Source: Oscillospiraceae bacterium
Lineage (GTDB): Bacteria > Bacillota > Clostridia > Oscillospirales > Acutalibacteraceae
Direction of reading: 5' to 3'
Assembly (NCBI GenBank): GCA_902782845.1
Contig: CACZOP010000164.1
Coordinates: forward strand, 1-43,297
Length of the DNA stretch: 43,297 bases
Under the pieces are notes generated by a model. The model searched no databases, was not told the origin of the DNA, and worked only from the letters and a program-made list of their open reading frames with translations. Every line of letters starts with the position of its first letter. The stretch's first letter is position 1. Position numbers and translations under genes: made by a program. Below are positions 25,884-34,833 of this stretch, in pieces.

Positions 25884-26495
25884 ATGAAATCGGACGTTAT
25901 CCATATTTCCAACGACGGGATCGGCATCTCCGAAGCTGTCAGGCAGACCGAGGCCGTCGCCGTTTACAAATCCCTCTCGAAAAAAGACGCCGTTCACCTG
26001 CTCCTCTTGACCGAAGAAATGACGGGCATGATGACAGCCCTCACCGGCGAGCATGAAGCCGACTTCTGGCTTGAAACCGTGGGCGACACGTTTTATCTGC
26101 ACCTGAAAACCGAAACAAAGATGAATACCGAGCTGCGGAAAAAGCTGCTCGCCGCTTCCACCAGCGGAGAAAACATCGCGGCAAAGGGCGTGATGGGCAA
26201 GATCAAGGATCTTTTCAGCCGCCTTCTCGAGCCCACCGAAGCGCCCATTCCCCGGGAATACGCGGCGGGATTTGTAAGCGAAGACCTGCCGACGGCGGAA
26301 GCCGCCGCAGTCGCGAAGAATATGTCGATCGTCGCCATGAACATCTGGTCCCTCAACCGGTACAAATCGGAGCTGAAGGCTTCGGGCAAAGTCTGGGACG
26401 AGCTTGAGCAGTCGATCGTCGCAAATATCGCGGACGATATCGAAATCGGCATTGCGGCCAATTCCGTTGAAATGGTCGTTTATAAACAGTTTTAA
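25884..26495 (+). CDS. Hypothetical 203-aa protein co-transcribed with a STAS protein; possible degenerate GHKL/anti-sigma-like partner
   Basis: Good promoter, RBS and codon pattern. The antisense ORF 25854-26498 is judged a shadow. The N-terminal 90 aa loosely parallel the SpoIIAB/RsbW N-terminal layout, but I see no N, G1 or G2 ATP-binding boxes. Confidence 0.7.
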   Translation: MKSDVIHISNDGIGISEAVRQTEAVAVYKSLSKKDAVHLLLLTEEMTGMMTALTGEHEADFWLETVGDTFYLHLKTETKMNTELRKKLLAASTSGENIAAKGVMGKIKDLFSRLLEPTEAPIPREYAAGFVSEDLPTAEAAAVAKNMSIVAMNIWSLNRYKSELKASGKVWDELEQSIVANIADDIEIGIAANSVEMVVYKQF

Positions 26496-26512
26496 CAAGG
26501 GGGTACGTTATC

Positions 26513-26809
26513 ATGACAATAGAAAAGATCAAAAACGGTACGGCGCTGACCGTTGTTCTTCAGGGGCGCCTTGAAACCACCACCGCGCCGGAGCTTGACG
26601 CCGTTATCAAATCCGAAACCCAAGGCGTGACCGATCTCGTCTTCGATTTCACCGCGCTCGACTACATTTCATCCGCCGGTCTCAGGGTACTGCTTTCCGC
26701 CCAGAAGATCATGAACAAGCAGGGCGCGATGAAGGTCGTGGGCGCCAACGAGATCGTCAGAGAGATCTTCGACGTCACCGGCTTCTGCGACATCCTGACA
26801 GTTGAATGA
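26513..26809 (+). CDS. STAS-domain protein (anti-sigma-factor-antagonist family)
   Basis: 98 aa with the DYISSAGLRVLL phospho-Ser motif and overall SpoIIAA/RsbV-like length and pattern. RBS AAGGGGG. Confidence 0.88.
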   Translation: MTIEKIKNGTALTVVLQGRLETTTAPELDAVIKSETQGVTDLVFDFTALDYISSAGLRVLLSAQKIMNKQGAMKVVGANEIVREIFDVTGFCDILTVE

Positions 26810-26822
26810 CCGTGCTTTCCGT

Positions 26823-26850
26823 CGCCGGGCTGTTCCCGGCGGCTTTTTTT
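26823..26850 (+). terminator. Rho-independent terminator after the STAS gene
   Basis: CGCCGGG (26823-26829) pairs with CCCGGCG (26835-26841), followed by a U7 run (26844-26850). Confidence 0.75.
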
Positions 26851-26901
26851 GTTTATCTGTAATTCTCCGATGCAGAAGCGGGTTGGTTGTTCCTGTTAAA
26901 C

Positions 26902-26937
26902 AAAAAAAAGAACCGCTCCCCTGCACGGGAACGGCTC
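26902..26937 (-). terminator. Rho-independent terminator after trxA
   Basis: On the minus strand GAGCCGTTCCC pairs with GGGAGCGGTTC (11 bp including 2 G-U pairs), followed by T8 (plus-strand A-run 26902-26909). An additional GCCGCGC/GCGCGGC hairpin lies at 26943-26961. Confidence 0.75.
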
Positions 26938-26978
26938 CCCCGGCCGCGCAGATCGCGCGGCGAAGTTCCGATGTTTTT

Positions 26979-27290
26979 TTACACCTGCATAAACGCCTCG
27001 AGCTTCTCAAGGCTCATATATCCCACCGTCTGGTCGGCGATCTTGCCGTCGCGGTAGACCACAAGGCTCGGGATGCTCATAATGCCGTGCTGCGCGGCAA
27101 GGATATCCTCCTCGTCCACGTTTACCTTGCCCACCTTGATCTCGGGATGGTTGGCCGCGAATTCCTCCAGCACCGGCGCAAGCATCTTGCAGGGGCCGCA
27201 CCAGGTCGCCCAGAAATCCAGCAGGACGGGTTTGTCGCTGTTCAGCACTTCACTGCTGAAATTATTCTTTGTGATAACAACTTCGCTCAT
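26979..27290 (-). CDS. trxA: Thioredoxin
   Basis: 103 aa with the WATWCGPCK active site. RBS GGAGGA. Confidence 0.95.
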   Translation of the reverse strand: MSEVVITKNNFSSEVLNSDKPVLLDFWATWCGPCKMLAPVLEEFAANHPEIKVGKVNVDEEDILAAQHGIMSIPSLVVYRDGKIADQTVGYMSLEKLEAFMQV

Positions 27291-27392
27291 CGTTATTTCC
27301 TCCGTTATTTTGATCTCACAGTTATCCTATCATATTCCCGCGTCCCGGGTCAACCGTTTTGTCAATAATACGGCGGGAATTGTAATTATTAT

Positions 27393-28103
27393 TCACGTTT
27401 CAGGCTGCTCAATGCGGTCTTTTTTTGTTTCTGTCAGGTAAAAGCTGCTTTCCAAAAGCGCCATCACGGCGTCGTCGGAGAGCGTGTCGTCCAGCACCAC
27501 GGTGATCCAGTGCTTATGGTTCATGTGGTAGGCGGGGAAAACGCCGTCCTTTTCCGTCGGCGAAGGCAGCGCGCCGGGGTCGATTTTCAGGTTCACGGCG
27601 TCCAGCGGCGTTTCATCGCCGTTTTTCAACAGGTTCAGCCGTTTGATCCGCATGATCAGTGCAAACCACTTGCCGGAACGCAGGTGCCGGAATACGCCGG
27701 CGCCGTCGTAGGGGCTATCGCCCCACGGAAAATCCGGACGCACGCCCCAGCGCCCGAAAATCATCCCCGTGATCCGGTTCGCCTGCGCCGAAACGAAGGG
27801 CTTTTCCACACAGCAGTTTTTCGCCACATGCTGCAGCAGCGCCTCGTATGCGGCGCGGACGGTGCTCACAAACGGGCCGTCAAAGTCCACAGCCCGCAAC
27901 GGAGCGTATTCCTCGTCGTTCATGGTATCCACCACACGGCCGCAAACAGAACCGTCTTTTGTCACAAAGATCTCCGCGCGGAAGTCGCCGTCCATGAAAT
28001 CGGCGGTATAGGAATATCCCGCCCCGGTGTTCACAAAACCGAAATCCCGCATTTTTTCCGGATCGAATCCGCTTTTCAGAAAAACCTTTTCTTCAATCGT
28101 CAT
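27393..28103 (-). CDS. MmcQ/YjbR-family protein with extra N-terminal domain
   Basis: The C-terminal half (FRHLRSGKWFALIM...YHMNHKHWITVVLD) matches the YjbR/MmcQ (PF04237-like) pattern. Confidence 0.75.
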   Translation of the reverse strand: MTIEEKVFLKSGFDPEKMRDFGFVNTGAGYSYTADFMDGDFRAEIFVTKDGSVCGRVVDTMNDEEYAPLRAVDFDGPFVSTVRAAYEALLQHVAKNCCVEKPFVSAQANRITGMIFGRWGVRPDFPWGDSPYDGAGVFRHLRSGKWFALIMRIKRLNLLKNGDETPLDAVNLKIDPGALPSPTEKDGVFPAYHMNHKHWITVVLDDTLSDDAVMALLESSFYLTETKKDRIEQPET

Positions 28104-28135
28104 ATCTTTTCGTCGCCGCAGTTTTTTACATGTTT

Positions 28136-28165
28136 ATTATACTGTATTCCCGCCCCGCCCGTCAA
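28136..28165 (-). promoter_or_regulatory. Putative sigma-A promoter (TTGACG-18 nt-TATAAT) for the YjbR-family gene
   Basis: Minus strand: TTGACG at 28165-28160 and TATAAT at 28141-28136. Confidence 0.5.
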
Positions 28166-28210
28166 AGGATTTGATGAATAGTCGCCAGTCGACAGTATAC
28201 ATTCGCCGGA

Positions 28211-28236
28211 ATAAAAGGAAAACGCCTGCGCGTTTT
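28211..28236 (-). terminator. Terminator candidate ending the aro-GNAT transcription unit
   Basis: AAAACGC/GCGTTTT 7-bp stem (28219-28236) with a 4-nt loop. On the minus strand it is followed by CCTTTTATT. Confidence 0.5.
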
Positions 28237-28331
28237 GAATTGTATAGCGAGAAACCTTACTCACAGAGCTTTTTCAAATGGAACAAATAACCTCGCCAAA
28301 GCATTCTGTCGACTTTCGAATGAAAATCGTA

Positions 28332-28811
28332 TTACAGTTCATGATAATATAAACAGATGTTTTCATAGCGCCCGTCCTTCATTCTGAACCCGCCGGGAAC
28401 CGTGCCGAGCTGCCGAAAACCCAGGCGTTCATACAGATGCCTCGCGTGAATATTGGTTGCAACAACGGCGTTGAACTGCAGGAGCTTAAACCCCGCGTTT
28501 CCGGCTTTCTCCAGGCAGTCAAGCACCAGCTTTTCACCGATATGGAGGCCCCGTGCTTTGGAAGCGACCGCAAAACTTGCATTGCCGATATGGCCGCAGC
28601 GCCCGATATTGTTCGGATGCAGTATATACAGCCCCAAGATCTCCCCATCGTTTTCGGCGACGCCGGTATAGCTCTGGGACGCAAAGAAAAGCGTCCCGCC
28701 CGCCGTGTCGAGGCATTCTTCCTGCGGGAAAGCGATCCCTTCCTCAACGACCTCGTTCCAGATCCCGATCATGGCGTCCACGTCCGACGGACCGTATTCC
28801 CTGATGACCAT
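28332..28811 (-). CDS. GNAT-family N-acetyltransferase
   Basis: Start at MVIREYGPSD (ATG 28811, RBS GGAGG). Acetyl-CoA motif-like ARGLHIGEKLV. Confidence 0.85.
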   Translation of the reverse strand: MVIREYGPSDVDAMIGIWNEVVEEGIAFPQEECLDTAGGTLFFASQSYTGVAENDGEILGLYILHPNNIGRCGHIGNASFAVASKARGLHIGEKLVLDCLEKAGNAGFKLLQFNAVVATNIHARHLYERLGFRQLGTVPGGFRMKDGRYENICLYYHEL

Positions 28812-28854
28812 AAACGCTTCCCTCCTCTGCAAATCCCGTTTCTTTGGCTGCGGC

Positions 28855-29883
28855 TCAGACCGTCTCCGCCACGTCGAAGATCAGCCGCTCTGTCTTTTCC
28901 CAGCCGAGGCATGCGTCGGTGATGGATCTGCCGTATACGCCCCCGCCGATCTTCTGCGCGCCGTCCTCGATGTAGCTCTCGATCATAAAGCCCTTGACAA
29001 GCCGCCGGACATCGGGATTATACTTTCTGCTGCTGAGCACCTCTCTGGCGATGCGGGGCTGCTCAAAGGGGTTCTTCCCGGAATTCGCGTGGTTGGTATC
29101 AACGATCACGCCGGGGTTCTGAAGGCCGCTTTCGGCGTAAAGCGCCGCCAGATGCGTAAGATCCTCGTAATGGTAGTTCGGCAGGCTCTGTCCGTGCTTG
29201 TTGATATAGCCCCTGAGAATGGCGTGAGCAAGCGGATTGCCCTCGGAATGGACTTCCCACCCGCGGTAAATAAAGGTGTGCCTGTGCTGCGCCGCCGTGA
29301 TGGAATTCATCATCACCGAAAGGTCGCCGCTGGTGGGATTTTTCATGCCCACGGGGATCTCGATCCCGCTGGCGGTCAGGCGGTGCTGCTGGTCCTCCAC
29401 ACTGCGTGCGCCCACGGCCACATACCCCAGCAGATCGTCAAGATACCGGTGATTTTCGGGATAGAGCATTTCGTCCGCGCACAGAAAACCGGTTTCGGCA
29501 ATGGCGCGCATGTGGAGCTCCCGGATGGCGACGATCCCCTTGAACATATCGGGCCGCGCGGCAGGGTCCGGCTGGTGGAGCATACCCTTGTAGCCGTCGC
29601 CGGTGGTGCGGGGCTTGTTGGTGTAGATGCGCGGGATGATCAGGATCTCGTTTCGCACCTTCTCCTGCACGTCTCTCAGGCGACAGATATAATCCAGAAC
29701 GCTGTCGTCCCGGTCCGCCGAGCAGGGGCCGATCACCAGCACAAAGCGGTCGTCTTCCCCGCGGAACACCCGCCGGATCTCTTCCCCTCGTTTTTCCACC
29801 AGCGCCTTTCCGGCCGCGTCCAGCGGATACATTTCCTTCACTTCCTTGGGGATGGTCAGCTTCCGTTCAAAAGTCATATTCAT
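28855..29883 (-). CDS. aroG: 3-deoxy-7-phosphoheptulonate (DAHP) synthase, class I-alpha (AroF/G/H type)
   Basis: VIGPCS, KPRTT, GARSVEDQQHR and SITDACLGWE motifs run parallel to E. coli AroG. Confidence 0.9.
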   Translation of the reverse strand: MNMTFERKLTIPKEVKEMYPLDAAGKALVEKRGEEIRRVFRGEDDRFVLVIGPCSADRDDSVLDYICRLRDVQEKVRNEILIIPRIYTNKPRTTGDGYKGMLHQPDPAARPDMFKGIVAIRELHMRAIAETGFLCADEMLYPENHRYLDDLLGYVAVGARSVEDQQHRLTASGIEIPVGMKNPTSGDLSVMMNSITAAQHRHTFIYRGWEVHSEGNPLAHAILRGYINKHGQSLPNYHYEDLTHLAALYAESGLQNPGVIVDTNHANSGKNPFEQPRIAREVLSSRKYNPDVRRLVKGFMIESYIEDGAQKIGGGVYGRSITDACLGWEKTERLIFDVAETV

Positions 29884-29918
29884 CGGTTTGTTCCCTCCGT
29901 TGCTTCTCCGATTTTCTT

Positions 29919-30773
29919 TTATTTGTCAAACAGCGCCCGCCGCCGGGTGGAAAGCCGCATTTTCTCTTTCAGGGCTTCCTCGTCCTCCGCCTCCAGCAGG
30001 TCGTGCAGGGTCTTGAATTCTGCCATGAATTTCTCCATCTGGGCCAGCAGCGCCTCTTTGTTCAGCAAAAAGAGCTCGCACCACATATTCTCGTTGATCC
30101 GGGCGATCCGGGTCAGATCCCGGAAGGAGTCGCCGGTGTAGTCCACCAGATGCTCGCTTTTGGAGCAGGTCATCAGGCTCACGGCGATGCAGTGCGTCAG
30201 CTGCGACACAAAGCCGATCATTTCGTCGTGGGCCTTGGGCGGCAGAGCGGAAATGCGGGCGAATTCCAGCGTTTCGCCGATCCCCTTGCACAGCTCAATG
30301 GTTTCAAAGGTGTTTTCGTCGGTGGGCACCACGATATAGTTCGCTTCCTTAAAAATGCCGTCGTCGCTGTTCCTTACGCCCGAAACCTCCTTGCCCGCCA
30401 TCGGATGCGCCGCGATGAATTCCGCGTCCTTTCGCAAGATCTTCTGGATCTCATACACAACGCAGCTTTTCACGCCTGTCACGTCCGAAAGCACAACGCC
30501 GGGTTTCAGATATTTCTGGTTTTCGGCGATCCACGGGATCAGCAGATGCGGATACAGCGCAAAGATCACAAGGTCCGCCCCGGAGATCAGCGCCGGGTCC
30601 GCTGCCGCCGAGCCCCGTTCGATATAGCCGTTTTCAAGCGCGAAAGCGATCGCGCCTTCGTCCACGTCGATAGCGGATACCCGGTAGCCCCGGCGGGAAA
30701 ATCCCATGGCGTAGCTGCCGCCGATGAGCCCCAGGCCCACCATCAGTATCCGCGTATTTTTATCAAGTTTCAT
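29919..30773 (-). CDS. tyrA: Prephenate dehydrogenase
   Basis: Start MKLDKNTRILMVGLGLIGGS (Rossmann fold; ATG 30773, RBS AGGAG). HPMAG motif. The 34-aa N-terminal ORF-track extension overlapping aroA is rejected. Confidence 0.88.
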   Translation of the reverse strand: MKLDKNTRILMVGLGLIGGSYAMGFSRRGYRVSAIDVDEGAIAFALENGYIERGSAAADPALISGADLVIFALYPHLLIPWIAENQKYLKPGVVLSDVTGVKSCVVYEIQKILRKDAEFIAAHPMAGKEVSGVRNSDDGIFKEANYIVVPTDENTFETIELCKGIGETLEFARISALPPKAHDEMIGFVSQLTHCIAVSLMTCSKSEHLVDYTGDSFRDLTRIARINENMWCELFLLNKEALLAQMEKFMAEFKTLHDLLEAEDEEALKEKMRLSTRRRALFDK

Positions 30774-30795
30774 TCTGTCGCTCCTGTTGTATTCA

Positions 30796-32043
30796 TCATT
30801 GCCGGGCGCCGGAACCGGCGCCCGGGCTTTCTTCTTCGATCCGGATGTCGGCGCCGAGCGAAGCGAGCTTCTCAAAAAAATCCGGGTAGCTTTTGTTCAC
30901 CGCCTGCGCCCCCGTCAGCGTGCCGCCGGTCTGAAGCAGCAAAACGCTCAGCGCCATCGCGATCCGGTGGTCGTCGTTCGCGCAAACGGGCGTGTCCGGC
31001 GCTTTCAGCCTGCCGGGGAGCACGGCGATTGCGTAATCCCGCAAATGTGTGCCGATCCCGAACTTTTCAAGCTCCGCCGCCATCACGTTGCCCCGGTCGC
31101 TCTCCTTCAGCTTTAATCGCCGCGTCCCCGTAAAGGTCGCGCCCTTGCCGGTCGCTGCGGCAAACGCCATGAGCACGGGGCCGAGATCCGGGCAGTCCGC
31201 AATGTCCGCCACCGCGTTTTCCCTCTGCAGTTTTTGCAACAGCGAAACGCAGATCCGGTCCCCCTGGCGGCTTTGCTCCGAAAGGCCCTTTACGTCGATC
31301 TCTCCGCCGAGCGTTTGCATGGCGAACCAGAACGCGGCGTTCGACCAATCCCCTTCCACTGCCGCGTTTGCCGGCGCATACCGCTGCCCACCCGGTACAA
31401 GCAGCGTGGTTTCGTCGCCCCACCGTGCTTCAACGCCGAAAAGCCGCAGCGCATCCAGCGTCAGATCGATATAGGGGCGGCTCTCCACCCCGTCCGTCAG
31501 CGAGATCACGCTGTCCCCCTCCGTCAGGGGCAGCGCGAACAGCAGACCGCTCACAAACTGGCTGCTGATATTGCCGGGGAGACGAAACTCGCCGCTTTTC
31601 AGCCCTTCCCCCACCGAAACGGCCTTGCCGTCGTTGAAAAACGGGATCCCCTGCGCTTCACAGATATCCGCATACACCGATAAGGGGCGGCGCAGCAGGC
31701 GGGGCGTCCCCGTCAGCCGGGTCTTGCTGGGCGTCAGCATGCACAGCGGCAAAAAGAACCGCAGGGTGGAACCGCAGGCGCCGCAGGGCAGCGCCGAACG
31801 CACGGTTTGCGTGGGGAGGCCGCGGGAAATAATGTGCAGCGTGCTTCCCTCCGTTTCCGTTTCAACGCCGAACGCCCGCAAACAACTGAGGGTGGCGGAA
31901 ACATCCTCCGACAGCGCAACGTTCTCTATAGCGCTCTCTCCCGCCGCGAGCCCCGCCGAGAGCAGCAGCCGGTGTGCGACGCTCTTTGAAGGGGGCGCCG
32001 TCACCGCGCCTTTTAATTGGGAGGGATAAAAACGAACCTTCAT
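30796..32043 (-). CDS. aroA: 3-phosphoshikimate 1-carboxyvinyltransferase (EPSP synthase)
   Basis: 415 aa with the PPSKSVAHR motif, two-domain EPSPS pattern, RLKLKESDR and DHRIAMA. Confidence 0.93.
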   Translation of the reverse strand: MKVRFYPSQLKGAVTAPPSKSVAHRLLLSAGLAAGESAIENVALSEDVSATLSCLRAFGVETETEGSTLHIISRGLPTQTVRSALPCGACGSTLRFFLPLCMLTPSKTRLTGTPRLLRRPLSVYADICEAQGIPFFNDGKAVSVGEGLKSGEFRLPGNISSQFVSGLLFALPLTEGDSVISLTDGVESRPYIDLTLDALRLFGVEARWGDETTLLVPGGQRYAPANAAVEGDWSNAAFWFAMQTLGGEIDVKGLSEQSRQGDRICVSLLQKLQRENAVADIADCPDLGPVLMAFAAATGKGATFTGTRRLKLKESDRGNVMAAELEKFGIGTHLRDYAIAVLPGRLKAPDTPVCANDDHRIAMALSVLLLQTGGTLTGAQAVNKSYPDFFEKLASLGADIRIEEESPGAGSGARQ

Positions 32044-32489
32044 ACGTTTCCCCCGCTTTTTTTATACAAGTCCGCCAGAAGATCCGCCGCGTCCAGATAG
32101 CCTTTCAGGCCGCGCCCTTTGACGGTCGCGCGGCAGGCGGCGCGGAGAAAGCTTACTTTTCTGAAGTCCTCCCGGGCGTCCGGGTCGCTGATATGCACTT
32201 CCACCGTGGGAACGCCGACGGCCTTTACGGCGTCCAGCAGCGCGACGCTGGTGTGGGTATACGCGCCGGGGTTGATAATGATGCCGTCGTCCCGCCTGTA
32301 TGCGCTCTGAATGGCGTCCACCAGCGCCCCCTCGTGATTCGACTGAAAAAAGCGGACGTCGATCCCCCGATCGCGGCAGTGCGCCGCGATCATCCCGCAC
32401 AGGTCATCGTAGGTCTCCCTGCCGTAGATCTCCGGTTCACGGGTCCCCAGCAGATTCAGATTCGGTCCGTTGATCACCAGTAGTTTCAT
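32040..32489 (-). CDS. aroQ: Type II 3-dehydroquinate dehydratase
   Basis: MKLLVINGPNLNLLGTREPEIYG and the HISD motif. ATGA overlap with aroA. Confidence 0.93.
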   Translation of the reverse strand: MKLLVINGPNLNLLGTREPEIYGRETYDDLCGMIAAHCRDRGIDVRFFQSNHEGALVDAIQSAYRRDDGIIINPGAYTHTSVALLDAVKAVGVPTVEVHISDPDAREDFRKVSFLRAACRATVKGRGLKGYLDAADLLADLYKKSGGNV

Positions 32490-33723
32490 AGCCGTGCCTT
32501 CTTTCGATTTCTTTCGCCGCGGTAACCGCGTCGTTTTCCACGGGGATCACCTCGTCCGCCGTGTCAAGATAGATTTTGCGCCGTTCTTTGTATCTCTGTT
32601 CCACCGCTTCTCTCGTGTTGGCCAGCGGCCGGTCGTCCGTGGGGATCAGAAACGCCGTCGGGCGATCCAGATAATAGAGCCTGCCGTTCCTCTTCAGCGC
32701 CTCCACGTTCGTTTCCCGCAGCACGGCGCCGCCGCCGGTGGAGATCACGATCCCCGAAAGCAGCGAAACGTCGCCCACGGCTTCCGCTTCCAGCGACCGG
32801 AAGCAGTCCTCCCCATTTTTCCGGAAGATCTCAACGATCTTCTCTCCCGTCCGTTTTTCGATCAGGTCGTCTGTATCTATAAATCTGCGGCCCGTATCCC
32901 GCGCGATCTGCCTGCCCACGGTGGATTTCCCGCTGCCGGGCATACCGGTGAGCACCACGTTCTGTTTTTCCCTCAGCAGGGCGGCATAAATGCGGTCGGA
33001 TAAGTCTGCTTCCGCTTTCTTATCCATAAAGATCTCATAGGCCGCCACCGCCTGCGCCACCAGCATATAAAGCCCGCAGGCCGCTTTCACGCCCCTTTTT
33101 AGCGCCGCCGACACGAGCTTCGTTTCCAGCGGATTATACACAGCGTCGATCACGCCGGATAAGGCCGGGAAGCGGGCAGGATCAACGGGCATGGCGTCGG
33201 GCGCAGGATACATCCCGCAGGGGGTGGTGTTTATGATGATTTCGGCGTCCTTGTGTACGGCATACGCTTCTTCGTAGGTCACGGCGCCCGTTTTCGCCGT
33301 GCGGCTCACGGTAACGGCCTCTTTCGCGTTCGCCCGCCGCGCCACGGCGTTCGCGGTTTTGGAGGTGCCGCCTGTGCCGAGGATCAGCACCTTTTTCCCG
33401 GTCAGCGAGAGCCCGGTTTTTTCCAGCAGCCGTTCCATGCCGGCCACGTCCGTGTTATAACCACACAGCCGCTCCCCCCGCCTTATCACCGTATTCACCG
33501 CGCCCACGGCCTTCGCCATGGGGTCGAGCTCGTCGAGGAATGGGATCACCGCCTCCTTATAGGGTATGGTCACGTTGATGCCCTTAAAATCCTTTTTCCG
33601 CATGAAGTCCGGCAGCTCCGCTTCCGAAAGCTCCCGCAGCGCATAACTGTAGCCGCCGATCTTCCCGTGAATCTCCTTTGAAAAGCTGTGGGGCAGCTTT
33701 TTTCCGATGCAGCCGTAGTCCAT
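32437..33723 (-). CDS. aroE/aroK: Bifunctional shikimate dehydrogenase / shikimate kinase fusion
   Basis: N-terminal AroE pattern (GAVNTV, ILGTGGTSK). C-terminal AroK Walker A (LTGMPGSGKSTVGRQIA). The 3' end overlaps aroQ by 53 nt. Confidence 0.88.
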   Translation of the reverse strand: MDYGCIGKKLPHSFSKEIHGKIGGYSYALRELSEAELPDFMRKKDFKGINVTIPYKEAVIPFLDELDPMAKAVGAVNTVIRRGERLCGYNTDVAGMERLLEKTGLSLTGKKVLILGTGGTSKTANAVARRANAKEAVTVSRTAKTGAVTYEEAYAVHKDAEIIINTTPCGMYPAPDAMPVDPARFPALSGVIDAVYNPLETKLVSAALKRGVKAACGLYMLVAQAVAAYEIFMDKKAEADLSDRIYAALLREKQNVVLTGMPGSGKSTVGRQIARDTGRRFIDTDDLIEKRTGEKIVEIFRKNGEDCFRSLEAEAVGDVSLLSGIVISTGGGAVLRETNVEALKRNGRLYYLDRPTAFLIPTDDRPLANTREAVEQRYKERRKIYLDTADEVIPVENDAVTAAKEIERRHGYETTGDQRTESESAGDP

Positions 33724-33726
33724 TCT

Positions 33727-34833
33727 TCAGTCTCCTCTCAGCGCGTCCGTGCCGTAACGCACAGTCAACAGGTCCGCAAGCGCCAGCGCCGTTAAACTGT
33801 CGACCACCACCCGCGCCCGGTGGATCACCGCCGGGTCGTGCCGTCCTTTCATCTCGATCTCCGCGTTTTCGTTTTTAAGAAAATCCACGGTCTCCTGTTT
33901 CCGGAAGATAGAGGGCGTGGGCTTCACCGCCGTGCGGAACAGCAGGGGCATGCCGTTGGTGATCCCGCCGTTCACGCCCCCGTTGCGGTTTGTTTTGGTG
34001 CGGATCGTCCCGTTTTCGGTCACAAAGGGATCGTTGGCTTTACTCCCCTTTAAATCCGCGAATCCGAAGCCGTCGCCGAATTCCACGCCCTTCACCGCAG
34101 GAACGGAAAACAAAAGGTGCGAAAGCAGGCTTTCCACAGAATCGAACCAGGGCTCTCCCAGCCCCGCCGGGAGGCCTGTCACCGCGGTTTCCATCACGCC
34201 GCCAACGCTGTCTTTCTCTTCAGCGGCCTTCAGGATCGCCGCTTTCATAGCGGCGCCGGCGTCGGGGTCCAGCACGGCGAAATCCATCGCGTTCAGCCGC
34301 CTTAAATCGTTTGTCAGTTCTGTTCCGGCCGCGGAAAAAGGCCGGTCGGATACCCCGCCGCAGCGCAGGATATGGCTGCCGATCGCAACGCCCCTTTTTT
34401 CGAGCGCCGCCGTCAGAATCGCCCCCGCGGCCACAACGGGCGCGGTCAGCCTGCCGCTGAAATGTCCGCCGCCCCGGTGATCTTCAAATCCGTGATATTT
34501 CACAAACCCCGTGTAGTCCGCGTGGCCGGGCCGCGCAAGCCCGTAGTTATCGGCGTAGTCGCCGCTGTTCTGCGCCCTGTTCCTTATCGCCAGGCACAGG
34601 GGCGTGCCGGTGGTTTTTCCGTTAAAAACGCCGCTTAAAATCTCCACCTCGTCCGGCTCTCGTCTGCCGGTGGAGATCGCCCCCGCCGCCCGGCGCAGAT
34701 CCATTTTGTGGGCGATATAGTCTTCGTCAACGTCCAAACCCGGCGCAAGGCCGTCCAGCACCGCGCCCACGGCCGGCCCGTGGCTTTCGCCGAAGAGCGT
34801 GAGGCTCACCGCCGTTCCAAACGTGTTTTTCAT
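33727..34833 (-). CDS. aroC: Chorismate synthase
   Basis: Start MKNTFGTAVSLTLFGESHGPAVG (ATG 34833, ATGA overlap with the aroB stop). The ORF-track 30-aa extension is rejected. Confidence 0.93.
   Translation of the reverse strand: MKNTFGTAVSLTLFGESHGPAVGAVLDGLAPGLDVDEDYIAHKMDLRRAAGAISTGRREPDEVEILSGVFNGKTTGTPLCLAIRNRAQNSGDYADNYGLARPGHADYTGFVKYHGFEDHRGGGHFSGRLTAPVVAAGAILTAALEKRGVAIGSHILRCGGVSDRPFSAAGTELTNDLRRLNAMDFAVLDPDAGAAMKAAILKAAEEKDSVGGVMETAVTGLPAGLGEPWFDSVESLLSHLLFSVPAVKGVEFGDGFGFADLKGSKANDPFVTENGTIRTKTNRNGGVNGGITNGMPLLFRTAVKPTPSIFRKQETVDFLKNENAEIEMKGRHDPAVIHRARVVVDSLTALALADLLTVRYGTDALRGD

Noticed and set aside
28187-28314. 12-nt inverted repeat (AGTCGACAGTAT / ATTCTGTCGACT, 11/12 match) flanking an AT-rich 100-bp stretch between the GNAT and YjbR-family genes. 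Considered as a possible MITE or operator pair.
   Set aside because: A back-of-envelope estimate suggests that inverted repeats of this length with one mismatch within 200 bp are expected by chance several times in 43 kb. The interval is explained by a terminator (28219-28236) and a promoter (28136-28165). There are no target-site duplications.
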